Of a stretch of 64,000 nucleotides of DNA, positions 19,295-30,031 are shown one piece after another. Position 1 is the first letter of the stretch. Every line of letters begins with the position of its first letter. Position numbers and translations under genes: made by a program. The notes under the pieces were generated by a model. It had not been told where the DNA came from and ran no database searches. It saw only the letters and a program-made list of their open reading frames with translations. Source of the stretch: an uncultured Chloroflexia bacterium (GTDB taxonomy: Bacteria > Chloroflexota > Anaerolineae > JAAYZQ01); the NCBI GenBank assembly GCA_963749455.1, contig CAVVMX010000006.1:27060-91059 (forward strand), in the 5' to 3' direction.

Positions 19295-19630
19295 ATGGCA
19301 GACAGAAAGGACAGGAGCCAACTAAATCACGACACCAGGTCCAAGGCCGATCCGGGTCCGGCTCTCCCCCAGCCTTACGGGCGGGTGTACGAGATCACCG
19401 TCAGAGGCCAGCTCACCGACGACTGGTCGGATTGGTTCGACGGGCTGCAGATGACGACCTCCGCCGGTGGAGATACAGTTCTGTCTGGGATGATTGTGGA
19501 CCAGGCGGCATTGATGGGTGTCCTGAACAAGCTGAATCGTTTGAACGTGACCTTGCTCTCACTGAGACAGGTCGATAACACAAAGCAAGAAAGGAGAGGA
19601 AAATGGAGAAGATCAAGTCGTCGAAACTGA
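19295..19630 (+). CDS. hypothetical small soluble protein
   Basis: MADRKDRSQ…YEITVRGQLTDDWSDWFDGLQM…LSGMIVDQAALMGVLNKLNRLNVTLLSL…; GGAGG lies 4 nt before the ATG. The 3' end overlaps the next gene by 28 nt. Confidence 0.4.
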   Translation: MADRKDRSQLNHDTRSKADPGPALPQPYGRVYEITVRGQLTDDWSDWFDGLQMTTSAGGDTVLSGMIVDQAALMGVLNKLNRLNVTLLSLRQVDNTKQERRGKWRRSSRRN

Positions 19631-19953
19631 ACGAAACGTTGGAAGCAGTAGCCTGGGGTGTGCTGCTGGTGTGGTGGGGGGTGACCGAGCTGTTCGGCTT
19701 TCTCCCCAATGGTACGGGCGCAATCGGCGTCGGCCTGATTCTGCTCGGGCTGAACGCGGCGCGCTCGCTCAATGGCATCCCCATCCGGGTGTGGAGCACG
19801 ATGCTCGGCATCCTCGCCCTGGTGTGGGGAGGTGTGGATCTGGTAGGGTCGCTCCTGCGCCCGTCGTTTGAGATGCCGACCTTTGCGATCCTGCTCGTCG
19901 TGCTGGGTGTGATGCTGATCGGCCGCGAGCTGATCCGCAACAGGACGGAATAA
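19603..19953 (+). CDS. small integral membrane protein (3 predicted TM helices)
   Basis: 116 aa with hydrophobic segments. AAGGAGAGGAAA precedes the start. The C-terminus is LGVMLIGRELIRNRTE. Confidence 0.55.
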   Translation: MEKIKSSKLNETLEAVAWGVLLVWWGVTELFGFLPNGTGAIGVGLILLGLNAARSLNGIPIRVWSTMLGILALVWGGVDLVGSLLRPSFEMPTFAILLVVLGVMLIGRELIRNRTE

Positions 19954-19967
19954 GGAGAGGAACCGAG

Positions 19968-20081
19968 ATGTCTGAAACTTCACAGTCCAAGTGCCCATGC
20001 ACCACCTGCCTTGCCATCCTGCTCATCGTACTGGGTGTCAAGCTGCTCGGCCGCGAGCTGACGCGGAACAAAACAGAGTAA
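19968..20081 (+). CDS. 37-aa chimeric micro-ORF MSETSQSKCPCTTCLAILLIVLGVKLLGRELTRNKTE
   Basis: It is formed by a tandem duplication of a 117-bp junction unit. It has a strong ribosome-binding site (TAAGGAGAGGAA), a Cys motif CPCxxC and one TM helix. Confidence 0.35.
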   Translation: MSETSQSKCPCTTCLAILLIVLGVKLLGRELTRNKTE

Positions 20082-20095
20082 GGAGGAGATTCGAA

Positions 20096-20272
20096 ATGTC
20101 CGAATGTGCACAGTCCAAGTATCAATGCGCTACCTGCCCCATCCGGCGCCAGGCGATAGCCAAGCCGCAGTCGATCTTTGCCCAGATCCATCGCTGGCAC
20201 AGTGGGTGGTGCGCGGGCTGGAAGGCCTACCAGGCCCACTTGCACACTGATACCTCCCAACGCGTGGAATAG
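20096..20272 (+). CDS. 58-aa Cys/His-rich small protein MSECAQSKYQCATCP…HRWHSGWC…
   Basis: A strong ribosome-binding site (TAAGGAGGAGAT) precedes the ATG. Its N-terminal motif MSExxQSKxxCxTC is shared with the preceding micro-ORF. Confidence 0.45.
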   Translation: MSECAQSKYQCATCPIRRQAIAKPQSIFAQIHRWHSGWCAGWKAYQAHLHTDTSQRVE

Positions 20273-20293
20273 GCTCGGCCGGGAGGATGGCTC

Positions 20294-20330
20294 GAAGAGG
20301 CAGAGTGCCCGTCAGACACTCTGCCTCTTC
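20294..20330 (+). terminator. 14-bp perfect stem-loop (GAAGAGGCAGAGTG-n9-CACTCTGCCTCTTC) without a T-tract
   Basis: It lies 22 nt after the stop of the 20096 gene. It could be a terminator or an RNA structural element. Confidence 0.35.
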
Positions 20331-20410
20331 GGCTAGATCGATGGACTATCTACCGCGCTCCTGCGCCGATTTTCACCGACTCGGTATCCCCCGCCTCTGG
20401 CACACAGGGA

Positions 20411-20439
20411 TTGCCCGCCAGCGCAGCCTGTGGTAGAAT
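20411..20439 (+). promoter_or_regulatory. sigma70-type promoter TTGCCC-17-TAGAAT
   Basis: TTGCCC at 20411-20416 and TAGAAT at 20434-20439, followed by GAAAGGAA and the ATG at 20468. Confidence 0.4.
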
Positions 20440-20467
20440 AGAGGCAGGACTGAGAAAGGAATGCGAA

Positions 20468-20960
20468 ATGAATGCCGAGCAACACCCGCAGACGCCGTCA
20501 AGCTGGCAAGGGGAAAGCCAAGGCCCAGAAACCGCAACCAGTTCCAGGGCGATCAAGTTCGGGCTGATCGGGAGCCTGGCAGGCACTATAGCGATGGACG
20601 TCGTAATGGTCGTCGAGTCCTTGATCATCGGAGCGCCGGTTGATGGCTTTGTTGCCTTGATCGGCTCGATTGTGGGAGGCGGCGCCCTGGTGGGGGTGGT
20701 GCTACATCTGCTGATGGGCTCGTTGTTGGGGCTCCTTTTTGGCATAGCGGTATGGCAAAGTGCGCTTCCTCAACATAGGGTCTGTGCGGAAAGGTGTGTG
20801 GTTGGGAGTACTGGCCGGTCTGGTAACCATACCCTTGGGCTGCGTCCCAGTTGCTATCGTAACCGGCGTTCCGATCATCGAGATGGTCAGCTTCTCCTTT
20901 GTCCCTCACCTGGTATGGGGTGCAGTTCTGGGGGTGATTGCCGGCGCCGGTTCTACGTAG
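20468..20960 (+). pseudogene. small polytopic membrane protein of unknown function with an apparent frameshift near 20755
   Basis: MNAEQ…GLIGSLAGTIAMDVVMVV…LLGLLFGIAVWQS, then a shift to the 20760 frame (…GVWLGVLAGLVTIPLGCVPVAIVTGVPIIEM…AGAGST*). Confidence 0.4.
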
Positions 20961-21019
20961 GTATACTGCCTCGCACTTTGCAACTTGACTTTCGCCCGCT
21001 TTCGACGTAAGATTCGCCC

Positions 21020-22640
21020 GTGGGTCACGGCGAAGGGCTTGCTCGACGGTCGGGAGCAGTTTCGATTTGTACCGCGATGGCGGTGCTGGCCGGCTTTGCC
21101 CTGGATGTGCTGGTGGTGGCTCGATTTGGCATCGGATCGACAACCGATGCCTTTTTTGCAGCCTATACGATCCCGCTGGTGCTGATCGGCTGTGCGGCCG
21201 CGCTACAGCCGGTGCTGGTGAGCCTGCTGTCGGCGGAGGTCTCACCAGGAACCAGCCAAGCCGGCGATCCTCCGGGGAGTGATCTGTTCAGCGCGCTGAT
21301 GAATACTGCAGGGCTGGTGGCGGTGGCGCTGGCGGGCGTCGGCATAGCGGCGGCAGGCCCGGCAATGGGGTTGGTTGCACCCGGCTTGAACGCGCCCACC
21401 ACGGTGCTGGCCGTCGGTGTGGCGCGCGTCCTGTTCTTGAGGGTGCCAGGCGCCGCTGTGGCCGAGGTGCTCAAGGTCGGGCTATACGCGCAGCGCCGCT
21501 TTGTGGCTCCCACGTTGAGCAACGCAGTGCCCAGCCTGACGGCTGTTGGGACTGCTGGTGGCAACGGCCAACCGGTCCCCAGGTGGAAATCACCGCGAGA
21601 TCGGGGTAGTAGCGGCAGGCTTGGTAGTGGGAACTCTAGCCCAGGTGGCGCTGTTGGCGGTGCTGTTGTTTGGGCGGCGACCTGCGGCCTATCGATGGAG
21701 ACTGCGCTCGATCCGCTCGGAACTGCCCGCCCTGCGTCAGGCCGGAGGATTAGTAGTGGCTCCGCTGGCCGGATTGCTGCTGCGGCAGGCGGTTACTGTT
21801 GCGGAGCGGATCCTGGGCTCTTTTCTGCCGGCAGGCAGCCTGACGGCGCTGAGCTATGCAAATCGATTGACGATGGTGGCCGCCGGGGTGTTTTTCGACG
21901 GGATGACTACGGCCAGCATGCCGTCGCTGGCGGCTGGCTGGGCTCAGGGCGCGGGAGAGGCCTTCCGCAACATGGCGCACCGGCTGTTGGGGCTGGCATG
22001 GCTGGTGGCCGCGCCGCTGGGACTGGGCGTGGCAGCGCTGAGCACGCCGCTGGTTCGCCTCTTTTTCCAGCGGGGACAGGTTGACCCGGACAGCGCCCAA
22101 CTGCTGGCGACGGTGCTGGGCATCTATGCGCTCAGCCTGCCGTGGCTGGGGCCGTACCGCGCCGTACAGACCTTTCTGTACGCGACCAGACAGCCTGGAG
22201 TGGTGATCGTGCTGCACGGCATCCTGGCTGCAGTGACGATCGGACTGGATCTGGTCCTGATGCGGTGGCTGGGCGTGGCCGGGCTGGCCGCAGGTTTTGC
22301 GACCGGCTGCTGTGTAACACTGGCAGCCGGGCTGGCATGGCTGGCGCGCCGGGGCGGCGGGTGGCCGGATTGGCAGCAGATCGCCGATTCAGCCTGGCGC
22401 GTGGGACTGGCTTCGGCAGTTTCGGCAGTCGTCGTCTTCTGGTCGAGCCGGATGCTGGATGAGGTGGTCCGCTCCGCTTCGCTCTGGGATGCTATGGCCG
22501 GGACCGGGCGTTGGTCGCAGGTCGTAGTGGTGGGGATCAGCGGTCTGGCCGGTCTGGCGGTGCTGATCGGGGTGGGCACCCTTGCGCGCGTGGAGGCTGT
22601 GGTCGGCATGTGGCGACTCGTCAGAAGAAAGCGGCTGTGA
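21020..22640 (+). CDS. murJ: MurJ/MviN-family (MOP superfamily) lipid-linked oligosaccharide flippase, interrupted by a frameshift near 21560-21600
   Basis: The N-terminus …AMAVLAGFALDVLVVARFGIGSTTDAFFAAYTIPLVL… is MurJ-like. The protein continues in the 21546 frame with further TM helices. The two parts total about 540 aa. Confidence 0.65.
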
Positions 22641-22648
22641 CAGGCAGG

Positions 22649-24322
22649 ATGATGCACGTCAGCGACCCATGGACTACCGGCCGGCCCGCCAGCGCGTGGC
22701 GCCGGGCACTGATCATCGGCCTGGACGGCTTTTCGCTGCGCTTGGTGGAGGACCTCCTTCCGGCTGGGACAATGCCCAACCTGGCGGCGGTACTGCAGCG
22801 AGGGGTGACCGGGCCGTTGACGTCAGTGTTCCCCACGCAATCGGCGCCGGCCTGGGCGTCGTTCTTTACCGGGCAACGGCCAGGACGACACGGGGTGCTG
22901 GATTTTATGGAGCGCGGGGCCGACGGCCGGTATCGGCACTCGCGTCCGGCGGCCGAGGCGTGCCTGTGGAAGGTGCTGGAGCGACATGGGCTGCGGACGG
23001 GGCTGTTCGGCTTTCCGGTTACCTTTCCACCTTCGCCGATCAACGGTTTCATGGCGGCGGGGATGCTGGTGCCAAACGGGGCGGTGTTTACCTATCCGCC
23101 GGAGTTGAGCGCGCGGTTGCGCCGTGAGGTGCCAGGATACGGGATTGACGTGAAGTGGCAACTGTACGCCGGGCGGGAGATGAGGCTGGTGCAGAAACTG
23201 ACGGCGCTGACCGGGCAGCATCTGGCCGGTGTACAATCGCTGGTGCGCGATCATCCGGTGGACTGCCTGGCCGTTGCTTTTTTGGAAGCGGACCGGCTGC
23301 ATCACGCCCTGTGGCGCCACCTTGACCCGGAGCACCCTGAGCACGACCCGCGGCTGGCGGCGCGGTGGCGGGAGCCTATTGCCAGCTACTACCGGGCGCT
23401 CGATGCGGCAATAGGCCGGCTGATCGACGGCGCCGAACCGGGTGCCGGGCTGGTGCTAGTTTCGGATCACGGATTCCAGGCTGGGGGCCGGCAGTTTCGC
23501 GTGGACGAATGGCTGGCCGAGCAAGGGTGGCTGGCATTTCGCCGGTCGGCTGGCAAGGTAGCCGACGTGGCCCGGAGGCTGGATGTGCCGTGGGTGCGTG
23601 AGGTGCGCCGGCGGCTTGTCCCGGATGTGTCGCGGCACGTTCCCGCTTGGGCACCAGGGGGCACCATCGACTGGGCACGCACGGCCGCGTTCTGCCCGTG
23701 GACGATGCAGCAGGCGGTGCGGCTGAACCTGCGCGGACGGGATCCTCATGGCGTTGTGGAGCAAGAAGAAGCCCGGCGGCTGCTGGCTGAGGTCCGGCAG
23801 GCGCTACTGGAAACGCGAGACCCGGTCACCGGACGGGTGGTGGTGGCAGAGGTCTGGGACGGGGCAGCTTATTTTGACACAGAGGGCCCCAATATTCCAG
23901 ATCTGATGTTTGCCACGCAGCCTGGCTATGCCACGAGCCCGCACCAGGCGCGGCTGTGGCAAAGAAGCGGGTGGGCATCGGGCGATCACTGCCTGGAGGG
24001 CTTCTGGGCAGTGTCGGTCTGTCCAGGAGCCGGTGGGCCTAGTGGCGTGCCCATCGCATGCGGCACAGGCCAACGCCAGAGCCGTCTGGCAGCCGAGCTG
24101 GTGGATGTGGCTCCGACCCTGTATTACCTGTTGGGGCTGCCGATCCCGCCTGGCGTGGAGGGCCGGCCGCGGGTGGAGGTGATCAAGCCGGCAGACCGTT
24201 GGCCGGTACGGATGGAGAGCGGGACGGCGATCCTGGCCGGGGATGCCGCCGGGCCGCCCCTTGACGCGGCCGAGGAGAATGATGTGCGCCGCCGGTTGCA
24301 GGGCATGGGGTACCTAGGGTGA
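22649..24322 (+). CDS. alkaline-phosphatase-superfamily protein (type I phosphodiesterase / nucleotide pyrophosphatase family)
   Basis: …ALIIGLDGFSLRLVEDL…TSVFPTQSAPAWASFFTGQRPGRHGVLDF… metal-ligand motifs. The start is ATG 22649, immediately after the murJ stop. Confidence 0.7.
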   Translation: MMHVSDPWTTGRPASAWRRALIIGLDGFSLRLVEDLLPAGTMPNLAAVLQRGVTGPLTSVFPTQSAPAWASFFTGQRPGRHGVLDFMERGADGRYRHSRPAAEACLWKVLERHGLRTGLFGFPVTFPPSPINGFMAAGMLVPNGAVFTYPPELSARLRREVPGYGIDVKWQLYAGREMRLVQKLTALTGQHLAGVQSLVRDHPVDCLAVAFLEADRLHHALWRHLDPEHPEHDPRLAARWREPIASYYRALDAAIGRLIDGAEPGAGLVLVSDHGFQAGGRQFRVDEWLAEQGWLAFRRSAGKVADVARRLDVPWVREVRRRLVPDVSRHVPAWAPGGTIDWARTAAFCPWTMQQAVRLNLRGRDPHGVVEQEEARRLLAEVRQALLETRDPVTGRVVVAEVWDGAAYFDTEGPNIPDLMFATQPGYATSPHQARLWQRSGWASGDHCLEGFWAVSVCPGAGGPSGVPIACGTGQRQSRLAAELVDVAPTLYYLLGLPIPPGVEGRPRVEVIKPADRWPVRMESGTAILAGDAAGPPLDAAEENDVRRRLQGMGYLG

Positions 24323-25692
24323 AATCGAAGCGACCGGGCAACTGGGTCTGGATGGGCGCGATCGTGGTCCTGTTTGGGGCCGCGGGGGCAGCAGCCGTTT
24401 TTCTGCCAGCGACGCTGTTCGCCGCTGCGCTGGCAGGCGGGGCTGTAGCGCTCGTATGGCTGATTGCACCGGAAGTGGCGATCGTGTCGCTGCTGCTTGC
24501 CCGCAGCAGCGTTGACGGCTTTATGGAGCTGTTTCAATTGTCTTTTACGGCCGGGCTGCCACTGACCATGAATCTGGCCGGAGCGACGAACAGCCTGGCA
24601 GTGGGGCTGGGCTTGTTGTGTCTGGCACGGCGCCTGGTGCGGAGGCAGTCCCTGCTGCCTGCGGCTCCGGGGTGGGCTTTTGCCCTGTTCCTGGCGATGT
24701 GTCTGCCAATGATTCCGACTTCGGTAGACCCGGTGGCCGGGGTCAAGGAATGGGCGCGGCTGGCGAGCGGGCTGGCGATCTATTTGATGGCCAGTGACGT
24801 GGTGCACGATGAGCGGCAGGCACGACGCATGACGGTAGTGATGCTGGCTTCGTCGGCCGTGCCGCTGGCCGTGGGTTGGCTGCAGAGGCTGACCGGCAGC
24901 GGGTATTTCTTTCTTGGGTTTATCGGCACAGAATTCGCCTACCGGCCCCAAGGCACCTTTTCCCATCCCGGCATACTCGGATCGTACCTGGTGTTGATGT
25001 TGACGGTGGGGATCACTGCCTATTTGGGAGCGCCGTCGGCCAGAAGACGAGTGGCGCTGGCCGGCTGGGGTGCGGCGGCCGCGGGCTGTCTGGTGTTGAC
25101 GCTGGCCCGCACGGAATGGCTCGGCTTCCTGGTAGCGATGACGGTGCTGGGGCTGCCGAAGCGGCGGCGCCAAGTCATTCTGATTTGGGTGTGTGCGGCG
25201 GTGCTGGTGGCGGCGGTGCCGCTGCTGCGGGAACGGCTGACGGCTAGCGAGTCGGTGTCGTGGCGTACCGATCTATGGCAAGCTGCGTTCGGTCTGGCCT
25301 GGCCTCCTTCGTTGCTGGGGCTGGGGCTCGGTACGTCGCCGTGGCACACCAACCAGCTTTTACCGCTGGTGGACAGCCCGCCGCATAATGACTATCTCAA
25401 GGTGCTGCTCGAAACCGGTTTGGTGGGACTGCTGACCTATGTGAGCTGGCTGTCAGCCCTGGTCTGGCATGGGTGGCGGGCCTATCGCCGGGCGGTGAAC
25501 CGGCAGATCGCCTGGCGAGCGCTGGGCCTGCTGGCGGTCACCGCCGCCGGTGTGGTGATGAGCCTGTCGGACAACTACTTGGGGCACACCGCCGTGCAAT
25601 GGTATGTGTGGGCATTTGTCGCGCTGGTGCCAACCGGCGGAGAGTGGACTGCTGCTGTCGCCAGACAAGTCCACAACGACAAGATCCACTAG
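24319..25692 (+). CDS. O-antigen ligase / Wzy-like polytopic membrane protein
   Basis: About 12 TM helices with a large periplasmic loop, in the style of the O-antigen ligase family. The GTG start overlaps the upstream stop (GTGA). Confidence 0.6.
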   Translation: MKSKRPGNWVWMGAIVVLFGAAGAAAVFLPATLFAAALAGGAVALVWLIAPEVAIVSLLLARSSVDGFMELFQLSFTAGLPLTMNLAGATNSLAVGLGLLCLARRLVRRQSLLPAAPGWAFALFLAMCLPMIPTSVDPVAGVKEWARLASGLAIYLMASDVVHDERQARRMTVVMLASSAVPLAVGWLQRLTGSGYFFLGFIGTEFAYRPQGTFSHPGILGSYLVLMLTVGITAYLGAPSARRRVALAGWGAAAAGCLVLTLARTEWLGFLVAMTVLGLPKRRRQVILIWVCAAVLVAAVPLLRERLTASESVSWRTDLWQAAFGLAWPPSLLGLGLGTSPWHTNQLLPLVDSPPHNDYLKVLLETGLVGLLTYVSWLSALVWHGWRAYRRAVNRQIAWRALGLLAVTAAGVVMSLSDNYLGHTAVQWYVWAFVALVPTGGEWTAAVARQVHNDKIH

Positions 25693-25823
25693 TATCAGGC
25701 CGCGTCATCGCTAACGCTGAGGGCTCGCCAGGATACCAGTACTATGGACAAACGATATCTGTCCGCTTATTATCTTGTGGGCACCATCACCGTCAGTGTC
25801 GCCGAACGGAGGCTAATGGCAAC

Positions 25824-28736
25824 ATGAACAGAGCGTTCCATTGGCTTGTGATCACCCTTTGCTCGCTGGGAGCCGTCCTCCTGGGTACAGCGGTTCTGGG
25901 CTATCTCCCAGCGGCGGCCCGGAGCTGGGCAGTCGTGGGCACAGATGAGACGCCAGTGTGTGGGGAGCTGTCCGCCGACGTGCACTGGGCCGCAGCGGGC
26001 AGCCCGTACCACGTGACCTGTGACGTAGAGGTGCTGCCGGACGTTGTGCTGACGGTCGATCCGGGTGTGACGGTCCAATTCGATCCGGCCACTGAGCTGG
26101 CCATCAGGGGTAGCCTTCAGGCTGTGGGCACAGATGCCCTGCAGATCACTTTCACGTCGACGGCGGCGAGCCCAGCGGCGGGCGATTGGGTGCGAATCTG
26201 GTTCACAGGGGAGCACGGCCAATCTACACTGGAGCATGTCATCGTCGAATACGCCGGCCTGTACAACTATGGGAGCATCGACGCCGACACCGGCTCTCTG
26301 GCGATCACACAGTCGACCATTCGCTATGGCGCAAGTGAGGGTGTCCATGCCGGCACCGCGCTGTCGGTGATCGGCTGTGACATCCACCACAATGGAGGCG
26401 ATGGGGTACACCTGGTCACCGCTTCCAGCATGGCGGGGGTTGTGGTCAGGGACAACGCGCTCTCAGACAATAGCGGATATGCCGCCAGTCTGCGCTCGGA
26501 AACCGGCTCAGTCATTGACCTGGAAGCCGGAGGCAACAGCGGCAGCGGCAACGGGGTTGACGCGATAACCATGGACGTGGAGCTGAGCACAAGCACGCTT
26601 GACAGCAACCCCGGCCTGCCATACCTGGCTCATTCCCTAGATAGCTGCCCTGGTTCCCTGTTGACGATCGGCGCCGGCACGATCATCAAGGCTGATTATG
26701 AGATGTCGCAGCCGGGTAGCAAGATCATTGTCAACGGTCAGTTGCGAGTGGAAGGCCAGGCCGGCAATCCGGTTGTGTTCACCTCGCTGAAAGACGACAG
26801 CTATGGCGGTGACACGAATGGGGACGGGAGCGCCACGCAGCCGGCACCCGGCGATTGGCGAGGACTGGTCATCTATGGCGATCTGCCGGTGGGGCATTAC
26901 GGCGTCTATGTGCCGATTATCACCCGTGGCGGTGTCGGGCCTAGGGTAGAGATGCCGGTCAGAGGCGGTAGCATAGCCAGGACAGGAACTCAGCCTCACA
27001 CCGGTGGAGCGGATGTGACGGCGATGCTGGACCATGTGGTGATTCGGTATGGCGCGTCCTACCTGGATCTGGCGAATGTGGAGCTGTACGGCGGGCAGGT
27101 GCAGATGCTGAACACCATCACCGAATACAGCGGCAACCACGGGTTGTACGCACAGGACGCGGCGCTTGAGGCAAGCGGCTCGACCTTCCGCAACAACGTG
27201 GACGGCGGGCTGCGCGTGTATGGCAAGTCGATACCACTGGGGTCGATCATCGTCAACAACAGCTTTGCCGGAAACGGGACATATGGTGCCTACCTTATCC
27301 TCAATCAGGACTGCCGCGAGGAGATGAGGATCGAGGGCAACACAGCCGCAGGCAATGGCCAGGTGAACGGCATCTACCTGGAGGGCAACGTGTATAACAG
27401 CGCCGGCTGCAGGCTGGGGGCCAACCCCCTTGCCCCGTGGGTGATCTGGACGGTCGACGTGTACGCCAGCGGGCGGCTGATCGTCGAGCCGGGCGCCGAC
27501 GTGAAATTCGTGGGGCCGACCTTCCAGCCGGGAACGGGGACGGCCATCATCTCGGGGACGCTGGAGGCAGCCGGCAGTGCGGGCAGTCCTGTGACCATGA
27601 CCTCGTTTTGGGACGATTCTGCCGGCGGCGACACGGACGGCACTCCATCGGCAGGGGAGCCGGGAGATTGGATCGGGCTGGTCGTCCGGCACGGCGGGCA
27701 TGTGATCTTGACTCATACGGCCATCCGCTTTGCGGGATCGACCGGGCCAACGGTGTATGCCACAGATGCATCGCTCAATATCACCGACAGCGAGATATCC
27801 TATAGCGGTGACAAGGGCCTCAGTCTGTTGATGAGTGAGCCGGGAGCGGCGCTTACGCTTCGCAATACGACATTCAACGGGAACGCCGGGTATGCAGGCT
27901 GGCTGCGAACCACGGGTACCGCCCGGGCCCAGTTTGACATCGAGGGAAACGGCGGGACTGGAAACAGCGTGAACGGCATTCTCCTCGATGCAACTTTGGG
28001 CACGACGACCGTAGGCGGCAACGCCACGCTGCCGTATGTGGTCCAGTCGATAGTGGTGGCCGAAAGTGAAACTGCGACGGTAGAGGCTGGCGTGACGTTC
28101 AAGGGCCACCAGTCGTTCTCGGGCGGCGGCAGCCTGATCGCAGTCAACGGCAAGCTCCGGGTCCTGGGAAGCGCCGGTAGCCCGGTAACCCTTACGTCGC
28201 TATACGACGACCAAGTGGGCGGTGATACCCTGGGCGACGGCTCGGCCACTCAGCCGGCGCCAGGCGATTGGCGAGGGATCAACCTGGCCGCCGGAGGCGT
28301 GATCGAGCTGGAGCAGTGCACGCTGCGCTACGCGGGCTCGGACGATACCGGGCTGTTTAACGACCGCGGCCAAGCCACTCTCCAGCATTGCACTATCACC
28401 CAGAACACGGGCAATGGCATCAGCAACATGGGCGAGACCGGCGTGTTGACCGTCACCCACAGCGTGATCAGCTACAACAGCGCGGCGGGCATCGTCAACA
28501 ACGGGCAGGCTTTTGTCCACTATAGTGACATTGTGAACAATACGGCTTGGGGGCTCAAGTCCAACACCAGTGCCGCCGTCTTTACCGTCCCGGCCGAGGA
28601 CAACTACTGGGGCAGTGCCAGCGGGCCAGACTGGGATCATCTTCACACCTGCGATCCCGAGCCACAAGGCAGCGGCGACTTGGTGTCGTGTTGGAACGTC
28701 GATTGGTTGCCCTTTTCGACAGTGCCCTACCACTAA
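25824..28736 (+). CDS. secreted right-handed parallel beta-helix repeat protein (NosD/CASH-like) with three internal repeats
   Basis: A signal peptide [26 protein letters not shown], then three beta-helix modules. Each module ends in [24 protein letters not shown]. Confidence 0.7.
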   Translation: MNRAFHWLVITLCSLGAVLLGTAVLGYLPAAARSWAVVGTDETPVCGELSADVHWAAAGSPYHVTCDVEVLPDVVLTVDPGVTVQFDPATELAIRGSLQAVGTDALQITFTSTAASPAAGDWVRIWFTGEHGQSTLEHVIVEYAGLYNYGSIDADTGSLAITQSTIRYGASEGVHAGTALSVIGCDIHHNGGDGVHLVTASSMAGVVVRDNALSDNSGYAASLRSETGSVIDLEAGGNSGSGNGVDAITMDVELSTSTLDSNPGLPYLAHSLDSCPGSLLTIGAGTIIKADYEMSQPGSKIIVNGQLRVEGQAGNPVVFTSLKDDSYGGDTNGDGSATQPAPGDWRGLVIYGDLPVGHYGVYVPIITRGGVGPRVEMPVRGGSIARTGTQPHTGGADVTAMLDHVVIRYGASYLDLANVELYGGQVQMLNTITEYSGNHGLYAQDAALEASGSTFRNNVDGGLRVYGKSIPLGSIIVNNSFAGNGTYGAYLILNQDCREEMRIEGNTAAGNGQVNGIYLEGNVYNSAGCRLGANPLAPWVIWTVDVYASGRLIVEPGADVKFVGPTFQPGTGTAIISGTLEAAGSAGSPVTMTSFWDDSAGGDTDGTPSAGEPGDWIGLVVRHGGHVILTHTAIRFAGSTGPTVYATDASLNITDSEISYSGDKGLSLLMSEPGAALTLRNTTFNGNAGYAGWLRTTGTARAQFDIEGNGGTGNSVNGILLDATLGTTTVGGNATLPYVVQSIVVAESETATVEAGVTFKGHQSFSGGGSLIAVNGKLRVLGSAGSPVTLTSLYDDQVGGDTLGDGSATQPAPGDWRGINLAAGGVIELEQCTLRYAGSDDTGLFNDRGQATLQHCTITQNTGNGISNMGETGVLTVTHSVISYNSAAGIVNNGQAFVHYSDIVNNTAWGLKSNTSAAVFTVPAEDNYWGSASGPDWDHLHTCDPEPQGSGDLVSCWNVDWLPFSTVPYH

Positions 28737-28760
28737 CATGGTATGGAAAAGTGACGTCAG

Positions 28761-29933
28761 ATGCGCGTGGTAATTGCCGGTGACTATCCCGAAAACCCGC
28801 CCAGCGTGGTGGGCGGGATCCAGGCAATCATCTACACCACGGTACAGCACATGCTGGACTACGACGGCCTGGATCTGCACGTGGTCACGTGCGAAAAGTG
28901 GCGCGACTTGCGGCCAGACCAACGGCGAACCGTCCAAGACGGGCGGCTGGCCGTTCACTACCTGCCATCGTCGCCGCGCATCCCCCACAGCCTGTCGATG
29001 CTGACCTTGGATCGGTGGACCGTCCGGCGTTCCGTCGAGGCCCTTGCGCCTGACCTAATCCACGCTCACGGTCAGGTGGCCGCCTATCCATTTGCGGCTC
29101 TAGACACCGGACGGCCGACTGTCATCACCATCCAGGGCATCAACACCCTCGAAGCCCGGCTGGATCGCCGCGGAGGCGCCCTCAAAGGCCATCTGCGGGC
29201 TGCCCTGTGGCAGGCCATCGAGCGCAGGTGCCTAGCCCGCGCCTGCGACCTGATCACCCCCAGCCCCTTTGCCCGGCAGGTGGTGGCGCCCTTGACACGG
29301 GCTCGCCTGCACACCATCGAGAACCCGGTCCACCCGGCCTTCTTCAGCCTCCGCCCGGCCCCTGTGCCCGGTCGGGTGCTGATGGTTGGATCGATCCAGA
29401 AGCGCAAGGGCACGCTCGAAGCCATCCAGGCAATGGCCCTGGTACGCCGTGCTGTGCCCTACGCAGAGCTCACCATCGCAGGAAGTTTCTTGCCGCCCTT
29501 CCGAGCGTACGGCGAGATGGTCCGGCGCTCCGTGTTAGACATGAACGCAGCCAGTTATGTGCACCTGGTTGGTCACCTTGAGCATACGGCGCTGCTAGAG
29601 GCACATCGCACCAGCGAGGTGTTCCTCTTTCCCACCTGGCTTGAAGGCTCGCCTGTGGCTCTAGCTGAAGCCATGGCATCAGGGCTGCCATCTGTTGTCA
29701 GCGACGTGGCGAGCACTGCCCACCTAGTAGAAGACGGTCTGACTGGATATCGTGTGCCTCCTGGCGATGTCGAGGGCTTGGCTGAGAGGCTTGTCCATCT
29801 TTTGAAGGATGACTCGGCCCTCAGGCGTTTTGGGCAGACGGCACGGGAAGCTGCCCGAGCACGGTTTCTCCCTGAGCTGGCGGCCCGTGCCACCTGGGAG
29901 CTCTACCAGACGCTGGCTGGCAGCCGACCCTAA
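28761..29933 (+). CDS. GT4-family glycosyltransferase
   Basis: MRVVIAGDYPENPPSVVGGIQ… and the C-terminal EGSPVALAEAMASGLPSVVSDV motif. Confidence 0.8.
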   Translation: MRVVIAGDYPENPPSVVGGIQAIIYTTVQHMLDYDGLDLHVVTCEKWRDLRPDQRRTVQDGRLAVHYLPSSPRIPHSLSMLTLDRWTVRRSVEALAPDLIHAHGQVAAYPFAALDTGRPTVITIQGINTLEARLDRRGGALKGHLRAALWQAIERRCLARACDLITPSPFARQVVAPLTRARLHTIENPVHPAFFSLRPAPVPGRVLMVGSIQKRKGTLEAIQAMALVRRAVPYAELTIAGSFLPPFRAYGEMVRRSVLDMNAASYVHLVGHLEHTALLEAHRTSEVFLFPTWLEGSPVALAEAMASGLPSVVSDVASTAHLVEDGLTGYRVPPGDVEGLAERLVHLLKDDSALRRFGQTAREAARARFLPELAARATWELYQTLAGSRP

Positions 29934-29952
29934 ATAGGCAATGGTAGGAAAG

Positions 29953-29981
29953 TTGACAAGGGAGTAGCGATGCCCTATAAT
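29953..29981 (+). promoter_or_regulatory. sigma70-type promoter TTGACA-17-TATAAT (inside the locus)
   Basis: TTGACA at 29953-29958 and TATAAT at 29976-29981, 50 nt upstream of the ATG at 30032. Confidence 0.45.
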
Positions 29982-30031
29982 CTGGCACGCGGATGTGGCA
30001 GGGCCGGATATGCAACGATGAGGTCGAAGGC

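Noticed and set aside
22649-24322. Possible PglZ (BREX) alkaline-phosphatase-family defence protein
   Set aside because: The size (about 560 aa), the NPP-type N-terminal motifs and the polysaccharide-locus context fit a type I phosphodiesterase family. No BrxC/PglX/PglY partners are present.
24124-25173. 349-aa minus-strand ORF overlapping the phosphodiesterase and O-antigen-ligase genes
   Set aside because: Shadow ORF with Arg/Pro/Gln-rich low-complexity sequence, no start context and no domain-like features.
26637-28109. 490-aa ORF on the minus strand inside the beta-helix gene
   Set aside because: It is antisense to a well-supported CDS and has a low-complexity Arg/Gly/Ala-rich translation typical of shadow ORFs in high-GC DNA.
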